A DNA stretch of 59,466 nt from Longilinea sp. (GTDB taxonomy: Bacteria; Chloroflexota; Anaerolineae; Anaerolineales; Anaerolineaceae), in the NCBI GenBank assembly GCA_026645875.1, contig JAPKMQ010000001.1, positions 1 through 59,466 on the forward strand, written 5' to 3'. A program made the translations under genes and the position numbers. Of the stretch, positions 48,021 through 57,000 are shown in pieces. The first letter of the stretch is position 1, and every line of letters begins with the position of its first letter. The notes beneath the pieces were generated by a model. It had not been told where the DNA came from, did no database searches, and worked only from the letters and a program-made list of their open reading frames with translations.

Positions 48021-48842
48021 TTATAAAAGGATGATCGCCGCCGCGAGACCCGCGCAGGCGATGACCGCAGCCGTGTCCGTCCACATCAAGCGCGTCGACA
48101 TCATCATTGTGCGCCGGCGCGTGCTGCCGTAGCCGCGCGCGTCCATCGCCAGCGCCATGCGCTCGGCCTTGCCCAGGCTGGAAACGAACAACGGCACCAG
48201 CAACGGCAGAATGCGCCTGGCGCGTTTGATCAGGTTGCCGCCTTTTGCGGACCAGTCCACACCGCGCGAGGCCTGCGCCTTGACAATGCGCTCAGCGGCC
48301 AGCGCCATGAATGGGATGAAGCGCAGCGTGACCTGCGCCATCATGGTCAAATCCTGCGTTGGGATGCGCAGCCAGCGCAGCGGCTTGAGCAGCGCGTCCA
48401 CACCGTAGATCATCTCCGAGGTCGAGGTCACCAGCGAAAGCAGGCTGATTCCGAGGATCAACACGCAAAAGCGCAGCACCAACATGCCCGCCACGATCAG
48501 ATCCGAAGCATAGATTTGCACCACGCCCCACCAGGCTACCAGCGGCGGCTGATTTTCCTGGGCATTGAAGAACACCTGCAGCACCGCCAGGAACAACAGG
48601 AACGGCAGCGGCGGCAGCAGCCCGCGCAGCAGGAAGCGCCACGGCAGGTCGGTCAGCGTGACCAGCGTCATCACCACCAGCAGCGCCAGCCCCAACCCGG
48701 CCGGGCGCGGCGCAAAGGTGATCGCGGTCAGCAGCAGCAGCGCGGCAATCAGCCGGGCGCGCGGATCCATGCGGTGCAGCGGCGACACGCCTGGAACGTA
48801 CTGCCCGATGGTGACGCGGTCGAGGAATTCGAATTCACTCAC
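48021..48842 (-). CDS. ecfT: ECF transporter T component
   Basis: GQY.PG.S.LHR.DPR, LRFIP, AQASRG and MDARGY motifs. Confidence 0.92.
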   Translation of the reverse strand: MSEFEFLDRVTIGQYVPGVSPLHRMDPRARLIAALLLLTAITFAPRPAGLGLALLVVMTLVTLTDLPWRFLLRGLLPPLPFLLFLAVLQVFFNAQENQPPLVAWWGVVQIYASDLIVAGMLVLRFCVLILGISLLSLVTSTSEMIYGVDALLKPLRWLRIPTQDLTMMAQVTLRFIPFMALAAERIVKAQASRGVDWSAKGGNLIKRARRILPLLVPLFVSSLGKAERMALAMDARGYGSTRRRTMMMSTRLMWTDTAAVIACAGLAAAIILL

Positions 48843-50593
48843 GCCGCTGCCTCCTTTGCCGCCAAGCCAGCCATGGCCGCCACCAACCCCTCGGTGGTGA
48901 TGGCCTCGCGCGGCACCGGCCAGCCGCGTACGCGCAGCCGGTCAGCTACTTGCACGGCAATTGGCGCTTCAAGGCCCCAATCGTGCAATTGCTGGCCCTC
49001 GCTGAAGATCTCAGCCGCTGTACCGGTGCGCACGTCGCGCCCCTCGTGCAGCACGGTGACGCGCTCGGTCAGGCGCGCCAGGTCGCCCATCTGGTGCGAT
49101 GAGAGCACCAGCGTCATCCCGTCACGCTGAAAATCCTGCAAATGGCGCAGGACCTCGCGCCGCGAAAGTGGATCCAGTCCAGCGGTGGGCTCGTCCAGCA
49201 CAAGGATTTGCGGCTGCAGCGCCAGCACCGAAGCCAGCGCCACCTTGCGGCGCTCGCCGCCACTTAATGAATAAGTCAGCCGATCCTTGTACTGCTCGAA
49301 ATCCAAACCCACCAGGCCCATGGCCCACTGCACGCGCTCGCGCAGCGCCGGTTTTTCCAGCAGCGGCCGCGGGCCGTAGGCGATCTCGTCGCCGATATAC
49401 TGTTCAACGAACTGCGCCTCTGGATTCTGAAACACCAGCCCCACCACCTGAACCATCTGCTTGACGGTTACGTTCGGGTCGTTGAGCAGGCATCCAGCCA
49501 CCCGCACGCTGCCCGATTGCGGCCGCAGCAGCCCGTTGAAATGCTGCAACAGCGTCGATTTACCCGAACCGGTCGCGCCGATCAGGCCGTGCACTGCGCC
49601 GCGCCCGGCAGTCAGGGTCACATCCTCCAGCGCAGTATGCGCCAAAGGGGTATCTTTCATGTAGATGTACGCCAGGTTGCCCACCTCGATAACCGCCTCA
49701 CGGGCCGGTTGCGGAGCGCCTGCGGGCAACCGGCGCGCGCGTTGGATTGTGTCCGGGTCAGGGACGGCATCCGCCAGTTCCTCCGGCGTCAGCGCGCCCA
49801 CCGGCACCCCCGGGAAGAAATCCTGCAGACCCTCGGCCAGCGCTGTCAACGGCGGCAGCTCCAGCCCCAGCCCGGCCAGTCGCTGGGGGTCCGAGAAGAC
49901 CTCGCGCGGAGCGCCGTCCAGCGCCACCTGCCCACGGTTGAGCACCACCACGCGGCCGGCCAGCAGTGCCTCCTGCATGTAGTGCGTGATGTACACGATG
50001 GTCATGCCCTCGCGGTTGAGCCGCTGCATCATTTCCATCACGTTGCGCCGGCCGGCGGGGTCGAGCATGGCGGTGGTTTCATCGAACACGATGCAGCGCG
50101 GCCGCATGGCCAGCACGCCGGCCAGTGCCACCCGCTGCATCTGCCCGGCCGAGAGTTGATGGGGCGGGCGTTTGCGCTCTTCCCACATCTCCACCGCGCG
50201 CAGGGCTTCGTCCACCCGGCGGCGGATTTCCTCCGGCGGCAGCCCGGCGTTTTCGGCAGCGAAGGCAGTATCGTCCTCCACCGTCGTCGAAACCAGTTGG
50301 TCTTCCGGCGATTGGAACACCATTCCGACCGCCGTGCGGATCGCCGGCCAATTGCGCCGCTCGCGCGTGTCCATACCCACCACACGCACGTTGCCCTGGG
50401 TGGGCAGCAACAGCGCGTTCATATGGCGTGCCAGCGTGGTCTTGCCAGAGCCGTTGGCGCCGATCAGCGCCACAAATTCGCCCGCTTCAATACTCAGCGA
50501 CAGGCCGCGTAAAGCCGGTTCAGCGGCCGCCTCGCGGCCGCTGTGAAAAAAGGTTACGTTGTCGATCTCAATCAACGGCGGGTTGCTCGTCAT
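48839..50593 (-). CDS. ecfA: Fused ECF ATPase A-A'
   Basis: Two NBDs (GANGSGKT, GATGSGKST), FQSPEDQ and FQNPEAQ Q-helices. Confidence 0.92.
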   Translation of the reverse strand: MTSNPPLIEIDNVTFFHSGREAAAEPALRGLSLSIEAGEFVALIGANGSGKTTLARHMNALLLPTQGNVRVVGMDTRERRNWPAIRTAVGMVFQSPEDQLVSTTVEDDTAFAAENAGLPPEEIRRRVDEALRAVEMWEERKRPPHQLSAGQMQRVALAGVLAMRPRCIVFDETTAMLDPAGRRNVMEMMQRLNREGMTIVYITHYMQEALLAGRVVVLNRGQVALDGAPREVFSDPQRLAGLGLELPPLTALAEGLQDFFPGVPVGALTPEELADAVPDPDTIQRARRLPAGAPQPAREAVIEVGNLAYIYMKDTPLAHTALEDVTLTAGRGAVHGLIGATGSGKSTLLQHFNGLLRPQSGSVRVAGCLLNDPNVTVKQMVQVVGLVFQNPEAQFVEQYIGDEIAYGPRPLLEKPALRERVQWAMGLVGLDFEQYKDRLTYSLSGGERRKVALASVLALQPQILVLDEPTAGLDPLSRREVLRHLQDFQRDGMTLVLSSHQMGDLARLTERVTVLHEGRDVRTGTAAEIFSEGQQLHDWGLEAPIAVQVADRLRVRGWPVPREAITTEGLVAAMAGLAAKEAAA

Positions 50594-50651
50594 GAGAATG
50601 CGAATTCGTCCTCAGGGGGAATTTGCGGTGAAGTACCGCGCACTTATTTTA

Positions 50652-51491
50652 CTACGCCAGCGGCCGCAGGTAGCCCGGCAGCGGTGACTGATTTACCCAG
50701 GCGCGCACAGTTTCAGCAAAACGGTCCGGTGCAAACAGGCACCAGTTGTGCTGCTGCGCCAGCGTGCTGTTCTCGTTCAGGTCAATCAACCGCACGACCG
50801 CCCGCGGCAGCACTGCTCCCAGGTCGGCAGCCGATTGGCGCATGGCGGCGTATTCCCGGCGGCCGGCCAGCGCCAGCACAGGCACGTTCACATTTTCCAG
50901 CCCGCGCGGCAAACGGAAGCGCTGGTTTTCCAGCATCACATGGGTGAAACCATCCTCGGTCAGCGTCTGAAAATCGCGCTTGAACTGCGCGTAATATGCT
51001 TCCGGCACGCCAGCAGCATGCTTCATGTTCAGCTGGATCCACCAATCGTTGTTGCGGAAGGGAGGCACCGACAGGCGATACGACCAGCGGATCGCGTTCG
51101 GAGTCATCATCCATGCACCTGGCAGCGGCCGCAACAGCGCGCTGCTGACAACCGCCGAAGTCATCACATCCGGCGCATTCGCCAGCATGGCCACCGCCAC
51201 CTGCGCGCCCTCTGAAAGCCCCACCACAAGCGCCTTTCCACCCGGCGCATGCGTACGGATCAAATCCGCCAAGCGTTCGGCCGTCTCTGAGATGCTGAAT
51301 GGCCGGACGGCCGCGCTGCGCCCATGCTCGGGCAGGTCCGGCGCCAGGCAGCGGAACTCTGCCAGCCGTTCGATCACTGGCTGCCAGGTCCAAGCCCCCG
51401 CGCCGCCGCCGTGCAAAAACAGGATCGCTGGCGCATCCGTGGGGCCGCAGACATCTACATGAAGACCGTTTACGCTGAATCCATCCGCCAT
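50652..51491 (-). CDS. Alpha/beta-fold hydrolase
   Basis: LHGGG, PDLPEHGRS, nucleophile GLSEG, C-terminal His (QHNW). Confidence 0.85.
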   Translation of the reverse strand: MADGFSVNGLHVDVCGPTDAPAILFLHGGGAGAWTWQPVIERLAEFRCLAPDLPEHGRSAAVRPFSISETAERLADLIRTHAPGGKALVVGLSEGAQVAVAMLANAPDVMTSAVVSSALLRPLPGAWMMTPNAIRWSYRLSVPPFRNNDWWIQLNMKHAAGVPEAYYAQFKRDFQTLTEDGFTHVMLENQRFRLPRGLENVNVPVLALAGRREYAAMRQSAADLGAVLPRAVVRLIDLNENSTLAQQHNWCLFAPDRFAETVRAWVNQSPLPGYLRPLA

Positions 51492-51637
51492 GCTCGCCTC
51501 TTTGTTTCTAGAAATAATTCAGGGTAACATTGAGATTGTAACATAAGCGCCCATCAGAGCGCGCAACCATCCCTGCGGGAATGGGTTATCATCTAATATT
51601 GGTTCTCAAAACCTTACCAGAGGATTCTTACAACCCC

Positions 51638-53266
51638 ATGATTTCTCAAACACTCTCGTCCCACGGTCTGGCGGCCGGCATGCAAGGGCTGGGCTGGCAG
51701 GGACCCACTTCGGCGTTGGAATTAGAAGAAAAGGGCATGCTCCAGCGCTTGCTGGACCTGGGAAGCCCACTCTGGGCTGTCTCGGTAGGCAATCGCACCG
51801 CGCTGACCGCGGCTGGAAACCTCACGGCTGCTCCCGGCGACGCAGCCCTGCTGGCGTTTGCGCCAGCCGTGCCGCTCGAATCGCTGGGCGACCCCGCGTT
51901 TTGCGCCACCTACGGCACGCGCTACGCTCTCTACGGCGGGGCGATGGCCAATGCCATTGCATCGGTGGAGATGGTCATCGCGCTCGGCAAAGCGGGCATG
52001 CTGGGTTCGTTTGGCTCGGCTGGCCTGGGCACTGAGCGCATCGAGGATGCCATCAAGCAGGTGCAGGCCGCCCTGCCAAATGGACCGTATGCCTTCAACC
52101 TGATTAACAACCCCTTCGAGCCGCTCATGGAGCAGCGCGCCGCCGACTTGTTCGCGCGCTACCATGTTCCGGTGGTCGAAGCCTCAGCCTATCTCGGCAT
52201 CACCCTTGGGCTGGTGCACTACCGCGCCGCGGGGCTCAGCCGGGCAGCCGACGGCAGCGTGACCATCGGACACCACATCATTGCCAAGCTCTCGCGCAAG
52301 GAAGTGGCCAAACGATTCCTCTCGCCCGCGCCGCAGGACCTGTTGGACCAACTGGTGGCGGAGGGCAAAATCACCGCCGCTCAGGCCGAAATGGCCGCGC
52401 TCGTCCCGATGGCCGACGACATCACCGTCGAGGCTGATTCAGGCGGTCATACCGATAACCGCCCGCTGGTCGGGCTGCTGCCCACCATGATCGCGCTGCG
52501 CGACGAGCTTCAGGCGCAGTTTCACTATCCCGTGCCAGTGCGCATCGGCGCCGCGGGCGGCATCAGCACCCCGCAAGCCGCGCTGGCGGCCTTCATGATG
52601 GGCGCGGCCTACGTGGTGACCGGCTCGGTCAACCAGGCCTGCGTCGAGGCCGGTGCATCCGCGCACACCAAGGCGTTACTGGCGCAGGCTGAAATGCCCG
52701 ATGTAGCCATGGCGCCGGCCGCCGACATGTTCGAGATGGGCGTGCGCGTGCAGGTGCTCAAGCGCGGTACGCTCTTCGCCATGCGTGCATCAAAACTGTA
52801 CGAGCTGTATTCGCGCTTCAACGCCTGGGAGGAAATCCCGCTCGAAGAGCGCACCCGCCTGGAATCCACAGTTTTCAAGCGCACTTTCGATGAGATTTGG
52901 ACCGACACCGTGCAGTTCTTCCGCGAGCGCGACCCGCGCATGGTCGAGCGCGGCGAAAAGGACGCCCGCCAAAAGATGGCGCTGGTCTTTCGCTGGTACC
53001 TTGGGATGTCTTCGCGCTGGTCCAACCGCGGCGAGCCTGGCCGCGAGATGGATTACCAGATCTGGTGCGGGCCGTCGATGGGCAGCTTCAACGACTGGAC
53101 GCGCGGCACCTACCTGGCTGAACCTGCCAACCGGCGTGTGGCCGACGTGGGGCTGCAAATCCTCACCGGAGCGGCCTACCTGGCCCGCCTGCGCGCTCTG
53201 GCATTGCAGGGCATTCGCCTGCCCGCCAGCCTGGACATGTACCGGCCACAGTCGCCGTTGCTCTAA
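51638..53266 (+). CDS. pfaD: PfaD-family FMN-dependent trans-acting enoyl reductase
   Basis: GAMANAIAS, VEASAY, AKLSR.EVA, EADSGGHTDNR, MAPAADMFEMG, DYQIWCGP. Confidence 0.93.
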   Translation: MISQTLSSHGLAAGMQGLGWQGPTSALELEEKGMLQRLLDLGSPLWAVSVGNRTALTAAGNLTAAPGDAALLAFAPAVPLESLGDPAFCATYGTRYALYGGAMANAIASVEMVIALGKAGMLGSFGSAGLGTERIEDAIKQVQAALPNGPYAFNLINNPFEPLMEQRAADLFARYHVPVVEASAYLGITLGLVHYRAAGLSRAADGSVTIGHHIIAKLSRKEVAKRFLSPAPQDLLDQLVAEGKITAAQAEMAALVPMADDITVEADSGGHTDNRPLVGLLPTMIALRDELQAQFHYPVPVRIGAAGGISTPQAALAAFMMGAAYVVTGSVNQACVEAGASAHTKALLAQAEMPDVAMAPAADMFEMGVRVQVLKRGTLFAMRASKLYELYSRFNAWEEIPLEERTRLESTVFKRTFDEIWTDTVQFFRERDPRMVERGEKDARQKMALVFRWYLGMSSRWSNRGEPGREMDYQIWCGPSMGSFNDWTRGTYLAEPANRRVADVGLQILTGAAYLARLRALALQGIRLPASLDMYRPQSPLL

Positions 53267-53292
53267 TTTGCGCCAAATGTCAAAAAAGTTAT

Positions 53293-53317
53293 CCGGCGGG
53301 TCAAGACCCGCCGGTTT
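53293..53317. terminator. Bidirectional terminator candidate
   Basis: CCGGCGGGT-caag-ACCCGCCGG between convergent pfaD and PPTase. Confidence 0.7.
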
Positions 53318-53320
53318 GAT

Positions 53321-54031
53321 TCAAACGCGCAGTTCTTGAACGTGCAGCGCTGAGAAGTTCAGGGCCTGACCGCACACAGCCAGCGTGATGAGGAATTCGC
53401 CAGCCGGGGTCCAGCCCGCCCACCAGTCCAGGTCCGGCCGCGACAGGCAGCGGACGGTCAGGCCGCGCCAGCCGTCACTTTCTTCATGAATGGCTATGCG
53501 CAACACCTCAACGGCGCGCGTATCCAACCGCAGGCCCCTGCCCAGCGCTTTCAGCATGGCTTCCTTGGCGCTCCACACCAGCACGGCATCCCGTTCCCGC
53601 GCCGCGCCTGCGATTAACGTCTGCTCCGCCGCGGTGAAATAATCGCGCACGAACGCCGGGCTGCGCGGCTCAATGCGCTCCAGATCGATCCCCAGCCCCA
53701 CCCCCTGCGCGGAGGTCCACGCGCACACGGCCTGCCCGCCGCGGTGACTGATCGACAGGCATCCTGCCAGACGCTGATCGCCAATCAAAACATACGGCTG
53801 GCCATCGGCTTCATTGGAGATTGTCCATTTAATCGGCAACGTCCCGGCCAACGCCGGAACCGCAGCGGCCAGCAGCCGCTTGGCCGTCCAGCGGCCCAGC
53901 AGCCATTCCTCACGCCGGCGCAGAAAGCGCATCTGCGCCAGCTTTTGCAACTCAGCATCCGAAAGGAAATCTTCCGGGGGGGCGCCGACTGAATCGCAGC
54001 GCATCCAGGCAATTTCAACAAGTACTGGCAT
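53321..54031 (-). CDS. Sfp-type 4'-phosphopantetheinyl transferase
   Basis: FLS..E, GR..AK, LSISH, GIDLE, WSAKEAMLKALG.G. Confidence 0.9.
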   Translation of the reverse strand: MPVLVEIAWMRCDSVGAPPEDFLSDAELQKLAQMRFLRRREEWLLGRWTAKRLLAAAVPALAGTLPIKWTISNEADGQPYVLIGDQRLAGCLSISHRGGQAVCAWTSAQGVGLGIDLERIEPRSPAFVRDYFTAAEQTLIAGAARERDAVLVWSAKEAMLKALGRGLRLDTRAVEVLRIAIHEESDGWRGLTVRCLSRPDLDWWAGWTPAGEFLITLAVCGQALNFSALHVQELRV

Positions 54032-54096
54032 GATGATCGCATGAATGTGCGCAGCGGGTAGGGTACCGCTGCGCACATTATTCTTCCGTGAATCCG

Positions 54097-57000
54097 CTAC
54101 TTCCCCTGCACCAGCGTCTTGAACGGCTGGATCAGCTCGTCCTCAGCGCTGTAAGGCAGCGGACTGGTGCGGTAGTTGTCGATCTCAAGGTAAACGCGGC
54201 CTTTGGCATCCACCACGCGCGCGTCAAACATCAGATTGCCGTCCGCCGATCTGCCCGGCGTCACCTCAGCGAAGATGGCAACCCCATTGGTCTTCTGGCG
54301 GTGAATACGCAACTCACCGATCGAGCTGGGCAGCGCCAGCGTGCCGGTCAGGCCGGCCTCCCACACACCGGCGGTCTGCAGGCACAGCTCCAGCAGGATC
54401 GGCGTGCTGAGCAGGGCATGCCCCTGCGAGGTGATCGCCGGCAGGTTGCGCTGCAGCTTGCCAAGTACCACCTCGCCCGAGCGTTGCACACCCTCCAATA
54501 CCTGAAAAGCCGGCCCGTGGAAATATAATTTGTAGATTTCCGCAGCCTGAACAGTGTATGCCCCGTTCCAGTGCGGCGGCTTCACGGTCATTTCTTCCTG
54601 TGTTATGTGCGGCTGCAAAATGACCCGGCCGGAAAAGTGCCGCATGTGTTCTACGTTGCGATTATGCAGCAGCATGTCCGATTCCAGCAGCACATCGGCC
54701 GTCAATCCATCGGCTGTGCGCACCGCCCGCGCCTTCCACGACGCGCGCCGGGGTTGGTTGCGGTAGAACTTGAACGGCGCCAGGAATTGGATATCCTCCA
54801 GGCGTGCCACATCGAAACCAGCTTTGGCTGATCCCAGAACCGAGGCAATGTGCCTGGCGGCCACGCTGAAACCCTCGATTCCCATCACCCCCGGCAGCAC
54901 CGGAATGCCGTTGAGGGCATGATCTTTTAAAAACGGTTCGTTGTTCGGGTCCAGTTCCGCTTCCAGCAGCACGCCCTCGTTCAGGCTCATGCCAGTCACG
55001 CGGCTCAGCATCGTGTGGATGGGCTTGCCGTCACGCAGCGCGCGGTTGGCCCGCTCCAGGTCCAGTCCGCCCTCCGCGCTGACCGGATGATCCAGTTGCC
55101 CCAGCGCGCCTGCCAGCACCACTTCAGACACTATGCCGCGTTCCAGTTCGGCGCGGACCAGAGGCGCAGCTGCTTGCGGGTCGAGCATCTCGATGCCGGC
55201 CATCTGCATCAGGCGCGGGATGTAGCCGCGCGCGGCCATGCCCACCTCAGCCCATGCGCCCCAGTCCAACGCCACGGCATGGATTTCAGGGTGTTCCATC
55301 CGGACGGCTGCGACCATTCGGGCGGCCAGGTCGTTGGCGGCGCTGTAGTCGGTCTGCCCGCCGTTGCCAAAACGTCCGGCGATCGAAGTGAAAACGGCCA
55401 GATGCCCAGGCAACGAACCGCGGTTTTCCAACGCCTTCCACAGGTGGAACAGCCCGCCAGCTTTCACCGCCACCACCTGGCGGAATTCTTCGACCGGCTT
55501 GCTCTCCAGTTTGCGGCTGTGGTCAATCCCGGCGGCATGAATCAGCACATCCACCCGGCCTTCGGCGTCCAGCACCTGCTGGATAGCCGCATCAACCGCC
55601 TTCGGAGAGGTTACATCACATGCGATGTAAACCGCCTTGCCGCCCATTTGCCGCACCTGAGCCATCGTCTCGATCGTTGCGGCAGCCCGTTCCAACGCGG
55701 CAAGTTTCGCATCCACCCGCGAGGGTGTGGCGCGTTCACCGGCATCGGCCAAGCGGCGTGCAATTTCACGTTTGAGTGCTTCGCGGTCGTTGCGCAGCAG
55801 CGCCAGGTCAGCATCCTGCGGCGAAGGCAGCTCCGACCGGCCCAGCAGGTAGAAGCGCCCGCGCGTCGCCCGCGCCAGGTCCTGCACCACCGGTGCGGTG
55901 ATGCCGCCGCTGCCGCCCGACACGATGAAGACAGCACCCTTAGGCAATTCTGCCATTACTTCGATTCCCGTCGACTGCGTTGAAAGGGCCTGCCCTGTAA
56001 GGGCTACGCCGAAGCGCAAATCGCCTTCCCGGCCGACCTCGACCAAAGACGAGTCGCTCAAGGTCTCTTCGATCAGGCAATTGGCAACCTGAGCATGGCT
56101 GGCAACGGATTCAAAATCGACCACCTTGACCAGCATGCCCTCGCGTTCGCGCGCAATCGCCTTGGCCAACCCGCGCGTGCTGCCGCTCATGGCAGCCGCG
56201 TCAGGTTGTGGCCCGTATCCGTGCAGCCCGCCCATGCGCGTGGCGCACACCAGGAAAGCTTTTTCAGGCAATCCCCGCAGCACACCATCCAGCGCGAACA
56301 GGCGCGTTTCAAGCAAATTATTCCACTCTTCGAGGTTCATTTCGGTTATTGCCGGTTCACCGTCCAGCCCCGGAAGGAAATAAACGCCGTCGAAAGGGCC
56401 TTCCTTTTGCAAGTCAAGTAATTTTTGCCGGAATTCATCCGAAGAATCCGGCTGCACTTTAACGACCGCTGCCTTGCGCCCGCGCAGCTTGCGCGCCAGC
56501 GCGACCGCCGCGCCGCCCTCGTCGGCCACCACCAGCACGCGGCTGCTCTCGTCCAGCGCCACGCCGGTCGGCAGGCATAGTTCCAGCCGCGGTTGCAACA
56601 CCGGAACGGGGATACGGCGGGAGATGGATGCATCATGAGGCGTGGAATGTGAATCGTGAGCCGTTTCTGCTAACGGTGAAGTATCTACTTCCGATTCATG
56701 CTTCACCTCTGCTTCACGTTTCAAGCCATCCTTCACAAACGACATCACTTTTGCCAGCGTATTGTAGTCCGACAGGCGCAGATCTTCCCTCCGTGGGATG
56801 CCGTAATTCTCGCGCACCGCGGCAAACAGCTCGGCCTGCTTGACCGTGTCAATGCCCAGATCGGCTTCAAGGTCGAGATCCAACTCGAGCATTTCCGGGG
56901 GGTAGCCGGTCTTTTCAGAAACAAGAGAGAGGAGATGCTGTTGGATTTCGGTATCGTGAATCGTGAGCCGTGAGTCGTGAATCGTTTCTGGAACCGGTGA

